Source: a bacterium
Lineage (GTDB): Bacteria > Patescibacteriota > Patescibacteriia > UBA1558 > S5-K13
Assembly (NCBI GenBank): GCA_035356975.1
Contig: DAORGW010000002.1
Location: 1-61,375 of the forward strand
Direction of reading: 5' to 3'
Length of the DNA: 61,375 nucleotides
Shown: positions 53,751 through 61,375 of the stretch, piece after piece
Numbering within the stretch: position 1 is the first letter of the stretch
How the letters are laid out: each line of letters opens with the position of its first letter
Notes under the pieces: generated by a model
What the model saw: the letters and a program-made list of their open reading frames with translations, nothing else
Databases searched by the model: none
What the model was told of the DNA's origin: nothing
Made by a program: the position numbers and the translations under genes

Positions 53751-53936
53751 TTATTTAATAAATGATGTTAATAGAGTTGATAATAAAAAATCCACCACTC
53801 CCAAAAAAACCGCAACAAAAATACTTACAAAAAGAACTTGCAATGTTTTTCTTGTTGCTTCTTGTTTTGTTGGCCAAGTTGCTTTTTTTAATTCTTTTAT
53901 AGAATCTTTAATGTACTGAGTTAATTTGTTTGCCAT
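53751..53936 (-). CDS. secE: preprotein translocase subunit SecE
   Basis: 61 aa; ELKKATWPTKQE motif followed by one TM; upstream of nusG. Confidence 0.9.
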   Translation of the reverse strand: MANKLTQYIKDSIKELKKATWPTKQEATRKTLQVLFVSIFVAVFLGVVDFLLSTLLTSFIK

Positions 53937-53984
53937 ATAATTGTCTCAATAATAAAAACATAGTCGCTTGACTAATATATGATT

Positions 53985-54013
53985 ATTATACGTTAATACA
54001 TAGAAAAAGTCAA
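53985..54013 (-). promoter_or_regulatory. sigma70-type promoter of the secE-nusG-rplK operon (TTGACT-N17-TATAAT on the minus strand)
   Basis: agtcaa at 54008-13 and attata at 53985-90 on the plus strand. Confidence 0.55.
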
Positions 54014-54022
54014 CACCCAAAA

Positions 54023-54547
54023 CTAAACAATAAATGTGGATAAAATACCTATTTTATGCATAAATTCATTTAATCTCTTAATACTCTCTTCTTTATATTT
54101 CAAGGGTTCTTTGAATCCAATTGTTCCTAAAATTTTATTATCCTTAAATTCATTTTTTAAATTTTCAAAAACCTTTGCTTCGTCGCCCCCAAAACATGCA
54201 AAAAATAACAACTCCTTTCCAATAACTTTATTATCTGAAATAAAACTTCTAATAGCTGGGGTATAACTTCCTACCCAAACAGGGGTTCCTATAAAAATTT
54301 TTTCATATTCATCAAAATTTTTATTATAATCTAATAACTCTGGAGTTTTTTTCATAAACACTTGTTTTCCACCCCAAAAATATTTAAAAAAACCGTGAGT
54401 CTTAATATCATTTTTTACTTTTAATTGTAAAATATCAGCATTTGTTAATTTTTGAATTTCTTCTGCTATAAATTTTGTATTTCCTTCAAATGAATAAAAA
54501 ATTATAAGTTTTTTGGATTGATTATATATTGTATTTTTTGTATTCAT
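54023..54547 (-). CDS. flavodoxin-like protein (start taken at MNTKNT, not ORF-track 54625)
   Basis: KLIIFYSFEGNTKFIAEEI flavodoxin FMN-binding N-terminal motif. Confidence 0.7.
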   Translation of the reverse strand: MNTKNTIYNQSKKLIIFYSFEGNTKFIAEEIQKLTNADILQLKVKNDIKTHGFFKYFWGGKQVFMKKTPELLDYNKNFDEYEKIFIGTPVWVGSYTPAIRSFISDNKVIGKELLFFACFGGDEAKVFENLKNEFKDNKILGTIGFKEPLKYKEESIKRLNEFMHKIGILSTFIV

Positions 54548-54563
54548 ATAAATTTTATTTAAT

Positions 54564-54821
54564 TTAAAAATCTTTAAAATTAATAAAAGAACCCGATGCT
54601 CCATGTAAATTAGAATTTGCTCCATGAAAATTATTAATTCCCATTCCGGTATTTTGAAAATTGTTTAATGAGTTTTGAATTTGTTGAGGATTTGAAATAT
54701 TTATATCAAAATTTATAATTCCGGGTTTTATTTCCTGATCGTTTTCTCTAAAAATTAATATTGTTAATATTGATAAAATAATAACAAAAAAAATAAATTT
54801 ATATATTTTCATGTTTTCCAT
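54564..54821 (-). CDS. small secreted/membrane-anchored hypothetical protein (85 aa)
   Basis: N-terminal signal/TM helix; Asn/Gly-rich tail; overlaps the ATPase stop by 23 nt. Confidence 0.45.
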   Translation of the reverse strand: MENMKIYKFIFFVIILSILTILIFRENDQEIKPGIINFDINISNPQQIQNSLNNFQNTGMGINNFHGANSNLHGASGSFINFKDF

Positions 54822-57423
54822 TTATTATAAATTTTTTACCAATTTCATATACAAATATACTAAATACAGCATAAAATAATAAAATAATCCACTCTTTTAT
54901 TCCCAGTGGAATTGTTTTTAAAATATTATTAAAAAACGGAACATAAATAGCGACTAACATTAAAATAAATCCCAAAAACGTCGTTCCTATTAAATATTTA
55001 TTTGAAAATAAACCAATTTTAAATATGGAAAATTTAATTCCTCTTACTGCATAAATATAAAACAAAGATGTTATGCCTAAGCCCACAAATGTAATTGTTC
55101 TGGCATAATCAAGATTTCCGCTGGTTTTCCAAAAATAATAAAATATCATAAATAAAAATGAATCTATAATTATAGCATAAAAAAATATAAGAATTTTAAA
55201 TTTATTATTAACAATTTTTTCTGTTCTCTTTCTTGGTTTTTCATTCATAACATTCTCATCAATTTCATCAAAAGATAAGCTCATTGCTGGAAAAGAATCT
55301 TCTATTAATTTTATCCATAAAATTTGTGCTGGTAGTATTGGCAGAGGCAGAGAAAGAAGAACAGAACCAGATATTATAATCATTTCTGAAAAAGAATCTG
55401 TGAGTAAATATAAAACCACCTTTCTTATATTATTAAATATAATTCGTCCTCTTTTAACAGTTTCAACAATTGTTTTAAAATTATTATCAAGTAATACCAA
55501 ATCTGCAATTTCTTTTGTTATACTTGTACCACTTCCAACAGCAACACCAACATCAGCTTTTTTTATTGCAGGAGCATCATTTACTCCATCTCCTATCATG
55601 GCTACAACTTCAGAATTATTTTTGAGTGCTGTAATTATCCTTAATTTATGCCTTGGTTCCACTCTTGCAAAAATTACAATTTCCCCCACAAGTGATTGAA
55701 GTTCTAGATCTGACAATTCATCTAATTCTCTACCCTCTAAAACGTTTTTACTACTAATCTTAAAGCCCAGATCTTTTGCTATTGAAATAGCTGTAAGTCT
55801 GTGGTCCCCTGTTATTATAATTGGTTTTATTCCTGCTTTTTTACAAATCTCTATAGATTCTTTTGCATCAACCCTTAATGGATCTTTAAATGCAACGAAA
55901 CCCGAAAAAACAAAATTTTTACATTTTTCTTTATTTATTTTTTCAAATTCTGTTTTTTTAATATTTAAATTGTATCCCAATGCTAAAACGCGCAAACCCA
56001 AAGCAGTTAATGATTCAAATTGTTTTTTTAACTTTTCTTTTTTAACGCTATCAATTAAAACATTTTTATTATTGATATTAATATAGAACACCATTTCTAA
56101 AATTTTCTCAGGGGCTCCTTTTATATAAGCAACGTAGTTCTTGTCTTTATTATGTAAAGTAGCCATAAATCCAGAATCTGAATTAAAAGGAATTTCCAAA
56201 ATACGTGGCTCCTGCTTCATTAAATATTCTCTTTCAAGTCCATAAACCACGCTTTCAATAATAAAGGATTTATCAATTGGATTTCCTATAATATTCCAAT
56301 TTGTAAAATCATCATTGGGATTTTCTACAATCGCATCATTGCACAAAATACCTATCTTCATATTTAAAATATTTTTATCTTTATCTTCTAAATTATCTAA
56401 ATTACTAACGATTTTAATAATTTTCATTTGCCCCTCTGTTAAAGTTCCAGTTTTATCAGAACAAATTACTGATACAGATCCTAGTGTCTCTGTTGATATC
56501 ATTTTTCTTACTAGGCCATTATGTTTTAATAATTTTTGCATTCCCGTAGCAAGAATTACAGACATGGCTGGTAAAAGTCCCTCTGGAACCGCTGCTACAA
56601 CAACAGCGACTGAAGTTAAAAACATCTCAAAAACATCTTTTCCTGTTAATATACCAACACCAAAAATAATAATATTAGCTATTATAAGTAAAAATCCTAT
56701 TGTCTTTCCTAAAACAATAATCTGTTTTTGTAGCGGGGTTTGATCCTCTTTTGTTTCCTTAATCAGGGTTGCCATTTTACCCAATTCTGTATTTTTGCCA
56801 GTTTCAACAACTATTGCCTTCGCAATTCCACTTGCAACACTAGTTCCCATATAAATCATATTTTCTCTATCTGCTAAGGCTACTTCTTTTGAAATTATAT
56901 TATTGTGTTTTTTAGAAGGATCTGATTCTCCCGTTAGCGTTGCCTCCACAACCTCAAAATCATTTTCTTCTATAATTCTGCAATCGGCAACTATCATATC
57001 TCCCGGGAATAACAAAATCACATCTCCTTTTACTAATTTTTCTTGCCCAACAATTATTTGTTTTCCATCTCTCAAAACTCTGACACTGTATTTTATCATC
57101 TTTTTAAGTTTTGAAAGCGATCTATTTGCCTTGTATTCTTGGAAAAAACCTATCAAACCACTTATTAAAATAATGGTTAAAATTATCCAAGCATCTATTG
57201 AATGCTTAGTAATAAAGCTAATTATTAAAGCAAAAAATAAAATATATATAAGTGGATTTTTAAACTGATCTAAAATTAAAGAAAATATACTAGCACTTTC
57301 TTTTTCAGGAATTTTATTTTGTCCATACTTTTTTAAACGAATACTTGCTTCAACACTAGAAAGACCATTAATTCCAGAATCTAATAATTTAAAAATTTCT
57401 TCTATTTTTAAAGAATGATACAT
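54799..57423 (-). CDS. P-type cation-transporting ATPase (type II, Ca2+/Mg2+-like)
   Basis: TGES, phosphorylation site CSDKTGTLT, hinge GDGVNDAPA, 10-TM architecture, 874 aa. Confidence 0.92.
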   Translation of the reverse strand: MYHSLKIEEIFKLLDSGINGLSSVEASIRLKKYGQNKIPEKESASIFSLILDQFKNPLIYILFFALIISFITKHSIDAWIILTIILISGLIGFFQEYKANRSLSKLKKMIKYSVRVLRDGKQIIVGQEKLVKGDVILLFPGDMIVADCRIIEENDFEVVEATLTGESDPSKKHNNIISKEVALADRENMIYMGTSVASGIAKAIVVETGKNTELGKMATLIKETKEDQTPLQKQIIVLGKTIGFLLIIANIIIFGVGILTGKDVFEMFLTSVAVVVAAVPEGLLPAMSVILATGMQKLLKHNGLVRKMISTETLGSVSVICSDKTGTLTEGQMKIIKIVSNLDNLEDKDKNILNMKIGILCNDAIVENPNDDFTNWNIIGNPIDKSFIIESVVYGLEREYLMKQEPRILEIPFNSDSGFMATLHNKDKNYVAYIKGAPEKILEMVFYININNKNVLIDSVKKEKLKKQFESLTALGLRVLALGYNLNIKKTEFEKINKEKCKNFVFSGFVAFKDPLRVDAKESIEICKKAGIKPIIITGDHRLTAISIAKDLGFKISSKNVLEGRELDELSDLELQSLVGEIVIFARVEPRHKLRIITALKNNSEVVAMIGDGVNDAPAIKKADVGVAVGSGTSITKEIADLVLLDNNFKTIVETVKRGRIIFNNIRKVVLYLLTDSFSEMIIISGSVLLSLPLPILPAQILWIKLIEDSFPAMSLSFDEIDENVMNEKPRKRTEKIVNNKFKILIFFYAIIIDSFLFMIFYYFWKTSGNLDYARTITFVGLGITSLFYIYAVRGIKFSIFKIGLFSNKYLIGTTFLGFILMLVAIYVPFFNNILKTIPLGIKEWIILLFYAVFSIFVYEIGKKFIINGKHENI

Positions 57424-57507
57424 TTTAAATTTCTTATTATTTATAATAATATTCTATCATAAAAATAAAATTACTAAAATTCTATAATTTATGATAAACT
57501 TATTTAT

Positions 57508-58443
57508 ATGTATTTAATATTATATATTATTTCACTAATAATACTTTTTGGTATACTGGGGCTCAGTGCTGATTTTTTAGTACATAACATAAAAATTATA
57601 TCTCGTAAACTTGGAATAAAAATATTTGCACTAGGCATTGTTCTTGGTGTTATGACATCACTTCCGGAAATGGCTGTGAGTGTAAATTCTATTATAAATA
57701 AAGTACCAAATATATCAGTTGGAAATTTAATGGGTAGCGTAATGGTAATATTTGGATTAATTCTAGGAATTAGTTTAATTTTAAATAGAAAAATCCGCAC
57801 AGATGGAGATATGAAATATTTATTACCGCAATTAGGAATTGTTTTTTTACCATTTATATTGGGACTTGATAAAAAATTTGGAGTAGTTGATGGAGTTATA
57901 ATGATTTCAATTTATATAATTTTACTAATATATTTATATCAAATAAGTAAAAAATACCAAAATATTCAAATTTCCATCATTAAAGAACAAAAAATTTTTA
58001 AATCAATTTTACTTAGTATAATTTCGGCAATAGTAGTTGTCGCATCATCTTATATAATAGTAAAATTATCTGTAATATTATTAAATAAATTAGAAATAAA
58101 ACCATTTATTCTTGGATTATTAATATTTTCTCTTGGGACAAATTTACCAGAAATAACAGTGGCTATTACATCTTGGAAGAAAAAATCACCAGAATTATCT
58201 GTCAGTCATCTAATGGGTTCAATAATAACAAATGTTATTATACTGGGCTCAATAAGTATAATAAATCCGATAACAATTAATTTGGGATATTCATATACAT
58301 TACTAATAATTTTTGTTTCTCTTATATTATTACTTACTGCGATATTTTATAAAACAAAAAAGTCTTTAGACAGAATAGAGGGATTATTTTTAATATCTAT
58401 ATATTTTATTTTTCTTTATACTATTATCGCATTGCAAATTTAA
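57508..58443 (+). CDS. CaCA family Na+/Ca2+ (cation/Ca2+) exchanger
   Basis: Two alpha-repeat motifs (GNLMGSV and SHLMGSIITN) in a 10-TM protein of about 310 aa. Confidence 0.75.
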   Translation: MYLILYIISLIILFGILGLSADFLVHNIKIISRKLGIKIFALGIVLGVMTSLPEMAVSVNSIINKVPNISVGNLMGSVMVIFGLILGISLILNRKIRTDGDMKYLLPQLGIVFLPFILGLDKKFGVVDGVIMISIYIILLIYLYQISKKYQNIQISIIKEQKIFKSILLSIISAIVVVASSYIIVKLSVILLNKLEIKPFILGLLIFSLGTNLPEITVAITSWKKKSPELSVSHLMGSIITNVIILGSISIINPITINLGYSYTLLIIFVSLILLLTAIFYKTKKSLDRIEGLFLISIYFIFLYTIIALQI

Positions 58444-58473
58444 ATATAACAACTTATATTTTTTTACAAAAAT

Positions 58474-58503
58474 AAAAAACGCCTAATAAATAAGGCGTTT
58501 TTT
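58474..58503. terminator. bidirectional intrinsic terminator
   Basis: aaaaaacgcct-aataaata-aggcgtttttt. Confidence 0.8.
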
Positions 58504-58514
58504 AAAACAACAAA

Positions 58515-59198
58515 TTAATATTTTACAAAATATTTTATCTTTGCTTTTGTTTTAAGATCATTTATAAAAGCCTGTGCTTCAATATTTAATTTTTCATTTG
58601 TTAATGCGCTTTTTACTTGGATATTTACCTCTTCTTCTTGTCCGCTTTCAACTGTAATAGCATTATCTTTGATATATTTTGCTACTTCTTCATCTGTAAC
58701 GTTTATCTTATCAGACAATAATTTTTCAACTTGTTTTTGTAATGTTATCTGTTTTTTAACATCATTTAATGTCATTCCTTGTGAGTCTAATATGGCTTCA
58801 AGTGTACCACCCTGAGCCTTGACTTGATCTTCCACTTTTTTGATTTCTTCATTTATTTCTTCATTACTTATGACAATTTTTTTTGCCCTAGCTTCATTTT
58901 CTATTAATTTTTCTGTAATTATTGAATCAAGAACAGAGGCTCCGCCTTGTTGTTCAAGTTTATTTATAAGAGACAAGCGACTTATTGGATTACCATTAAC
59001 GGTGGCAACCACAAAAAATCCTTTTATAAGATAAAAAACAACTAATACGGCTACAATTATTGCAACTATAATTATAGTTTTTTTATTAATTTTAATAGAT
59101 TTTTTGTCTATTTTTTCATCAGACTCTTTTAAATCTATTATATCTTCCTTGTTTTGCTCTTCTTTTATTGTTTCTTTTTTTGTTAAATCTTCTTCCAT
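58515..59198 (-). CDS. membrane-anchored SurA N-terminal-domain / PrsA-like chaperone lacking a PPIase domain
   Basis: TM anchor, then VATVNGNPISRLSLINKLEQQGG...VTDEEVAKYIKDN typical of SurA_N-type chaperone domains. Confidence 0.55.
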   Translation of the reverse strand: MEEDLTKKETIKEEQNKEDIIDLKESDEKIDKKSIKINKKTIIIVAIIVAVLVVFYLIKGFFVVATVNGNPISRLSLINKLEQQGGASVLDSIITEKLIENEARAKKIVISNEEINEEIKKVEDQVKAQGGTLEAILDSQGMTLNDVKKQITLQKQVEKLLSDKINVTDEEVAKYIKDNAITVESGQEEEVNIQVKSALTNEKLNIEAQAFINDLKTKAKIKYFVKY

Positions 59199-59237
59199 AA
59201 AATTAATTTAGAGCTATGCTCTATTATACTTAAATTA

Positions 59238-60635
59238 TTAAATTTTTTTAAAAAGCGGGTCTTCAAAAAATATTTTCTCTCCCAATCTTTGTTTAATTTT
59301 CTCTGAAATATCCGGCATAAATGGTTGCAGATCAAAAGCTATTTGTCTTATGTTTATTATACACCTATTTAGATTATTTATTAATTCTTCGCCCTCCTTA
59401 TTCCATAACTTTTCTGTTTCAATAAAACGATTCTCTTCTGTAATTTTTTCCTGAATATATTCTAAACACAAATCTAATCTAAAATTATCAAAATGTTCTC
59501 TAACTTTTTCTGAAAAATTTTCTGGATATGGGGTTGTGTTTGTATAATTTATTTTTTCACAAATTTTTGTAACACGCTGAACTAAATTCCCCAATCCATT
59601 CGCTAAATCAGAATTATTCACTTCTTTAATCTTTTCCTTTGAAATATCAACATCATCATAAAGTGGTCCTCTCTTTAACAAAAAGTACCTAATCGCATTT
59701 ACATCAAATTCCTCAACTAATTCACTTGGACGAATTATATTTCCTAAGGTTTTACTAATTTTCTGTCCATCTATATTTATAAAATCATGAGAATAAACAA
59801 TATCCGGAATTTTTAAATCTGCAGATTTAAGCATTGCTGGCCAAAGCAATGAATGCCATCTTAAATTATCCTTTCCTAAAAAATGAATAATTGTAGTGTC
59901 TTCATCCCAAAAATCGGTTTTAATTCCAGCCGTATAATAATTAATAAGCGCATCAAACCAAACATAAATAACCTGAGTTTCATCTTCTGGAACTTTTATT
60001 CCCCATTTTATATTTTGTCTTGATATTGAAATGTCCTCTATGCCAGACTTTAAAAAATTAAACATTTCATTATATTTGTTTTGTGGTAAAACAAAATTTT
60101 TATTTTTTTCAAAAAACTCCTCTAAAAATTTTTGATAATTAGACCATTTGAAAAAATAATTTTCTTCTTTTTGCTCAGTTAATTTAAGAGTTTTATGAAC
60201 ATTACAAAATCCATTTTCTGTTTCCGATTCTGTTTTAAATGATTCACAGCTCAAACAATAAAGTCCTGTAAATGATTTTTTATATACATCTCCCTTATCA
60301 AAAATTATTTTCCAAATTTTATTTACTGTTTCTTTATGATCTAAATCAGTTGTTCTTATAAATCTGTCATATTTTACACCCAGTGAATCAATTTGTTTTT
60401 GATCTTCACTAGAAACATAATCAACATAATCTTTTACATCTTTTCCGTTTGAATTTGCTATTTTTTCTATATTTGCACCGTGCTCATCTGTTCCCGTGAC
60501 AAAAAATACTTGTTTACCTAAAATTCTATAATATCTTGCAAAACAGTCAGCTAAAACTTTTTGATATGCATGACCAATATGAATAACATCATTTGCATAA
60601 TCGATTGCTGTTGTTATTAAAATTTTATCTTTCAT
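59238..60635 (-). CDS. metG: methionyl-tRNA synthetase, minimal form (465 aa)
   Basis: HIGHAY (HIGH) and KISKTLGN (KMSKS) class I motifs; MetRS-type connective peptide with a Cys knuckle remnant. Confidence 0.9.
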   Translation of the reverse strand: MKDKILITTAIDYANDVIHIGHAYQKVLADCFARYYRILGKQVFFVTGTDEHGANIEKIANSNGKDVKDYVDYVSSEDQKQIDSLGVKYDRFIRTTDLDHKETVNKIWKIIFDKGDVYKKSFTGLYCLSCESFKTESETENGFCNVHKTLKLTEQKEENYFFKWSNYQKFLEEFFEKNKNFVLPQNKYNEMFNFLKSGIEDISISRQNIKWGIKVPEDETQVIYVWFDALINYYTAGIKTDFWDEDTTIIHFLGKDNLRWHSLLWPAMLKSADLKIPDIVYSHDFINIDGQKISKTLGNIIRPSELVEEFDVNAIRYFLLKRGPLYDDVDISKEKIKEVNNSDLANGLGNLVQRVTKICEKINYTNTTPYPENFSEKVREHFDNFRLDLCLEYIQEKITEENRFIETEKLWNKEGEELINNLNRCIINIRQIAFDLQPFMPDISEKIKQRLGEKIFFEDPLFKKI

Positions 60636-60730
60636 AAATCCTTATTTACTTATAATATACTATATAATCTCATATTTTGTTGGAAAAATCAATAAAATAT
60701 TTATATTACATAATATTATTTATCTACAGT

Positions 60731-61198
60731 CTATATATCTCCTCCGAGAGCAAAAAATATAGCCAAAACCAAACTAGTTAAAATTACGCTATAATAATAA
60801 ATCCAGGGCTGTTTTGTTTGATAAAAATAATATATAGAGCTCAAAACCAATAAAAATCCCAAACTATAAATAATTATTGGCCAATGGTATAAAAATATTC
60901 CTATTGTTACTAGTGTTGTTGCTAATGGAACAACTAAAAAAATTGCCTTAAAAATTGTTTTAAGTTTTGAATGAAAAATAAAATAAGAAATAATGATTAT
61001 TATACCCAAAAAACAAAAACGTATAATGCTGGGGATAAAATACCAATGCATTTCGCCATCAATTCCGATAACATTTATTATTCTTGTAACTAAAAAATAA
61101 AACAATGCATTTAATATAAAAGTTATATTTAACAAAATAAAACCAAAAAATGGTATTGATATTAATGATAAAATATTTTTAATAATTTTCTTATTCAT
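60731..61198 (-). CDS. polytopic membrane protein (155 aa)
   Basis: Four to five TM helices; no family recognised. Confidence 0.5.
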   Translation of the reverse strand: MNKKIIKNILSLISIPFFGFILLNITFILNALFYFLVTRIINVIGIDGEMHWYFIPSIIRFCFLGIIIIISYFIFHSKLKTIFKAIFLVVPLATTLVTIGIFLYHWPIIIYSLGFLLVLSSIYYFYQTKQPWIYYYSVILTSLVLAIFFALGGDI

Positions 61199-61375
61199 GT
61201 ATTATAATTTTCTCACAATATAATAAAGAAGTAAAACAAAAGACGTCTTGATAAATAACGTCTTTGTGCTCTAATATGTGATTTTCGACGCAAGTCGGTT
61301 GCTCGAAACATGTACTAGGTTGGCTCCGTATAGTCCAGGACATTAGAACTATAATACAGAAACAAACTGAATATA

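Noticed and set aside
1-61375. Alternative genetic code (UGA recoding), as in some candidate phyla, and prophage or mobile-element content
   Set aside because: All conserved genes are full-length under the standard code with no in-frame stops needing reassignment. No integrase, transposase, terminase, capsid or toxin-antitoxin signatures were recognised. The thymidylate block has no phage neighbours.

Overview
This is a 61.4-kb window from a very A+T-rich, gene-dense bacterial chromosome, with most genes on the minus strand. The gene content suggests a reduced-genome lineage such as Patescibacteria/CPR; this is inference only. The supporting features are a giant DUF4012-like protein beside a glycosyltransferase block, compact aminoacyl-tRNA synthetases, broken ribosomal operons and many small membrane proteins. 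All conserved genes read through in the standard code.

Housekeeping content:
- Translation: rpmA, lepA, proS, frr, tsf, rpsB, rpmE, prfA-prmC, rplA, rplK, metG.
- Division and envelope: ftsEX, an FtsB-like protein, murJ, mreB-mreC-mreD-PBP2 with a second mreB paralog, rseP, and a sugar transferase with 4 glycosyltransferases.
- Replication and repair: holB, rnhA, recJ.
- Transcription and secretion: greA, nusG, secE.
- A dTMP-synthesis block: dCMP deaminase, a kinase, dut, a long ThyX-like protein, folA and a tmk-like protein.
- A Ca2+ module: a P-type ATPase and a CaCA exchanger.

RNA genes recognised are tRNA-Thr(CGU) at 2621-2696 and RNase P RNA at about 16995-17392. I saw no transposase, integrase, CRISPR array or cas gene.

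Most notable observations:
1. A 1.4-kb ORF-free, conspicuously G+C-rich island (31322-18) lies between holB and rnhA. It carries two consecutive promoter-to-terminator units on the plus strand: a roughly 1-kb, helix-rich candidate structured RNA of no class I can recognise, and a roughly 150-nt small RNA.
2. A GC-rich 29-nt tandem near-palindromic repeat (AACCTGCGAGGT x2) sits just upstream of that RNA promoter. It recurs in frame inside prmC.
3. Four tandem genes (47994-51444) share an almost identical 5' module: a TATAAT box (in three of the four), a 17-bp perfect palindrome and an N-terminal signal-anchor beginning MQEKF. Their C-terminal domains are unrelated and cysteine-containing, and two of them carry a (Cx3)3C ladder.

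Several recurrent intergenic motifs and an unlisted 52-codon gene with strong expression signals are also reported.
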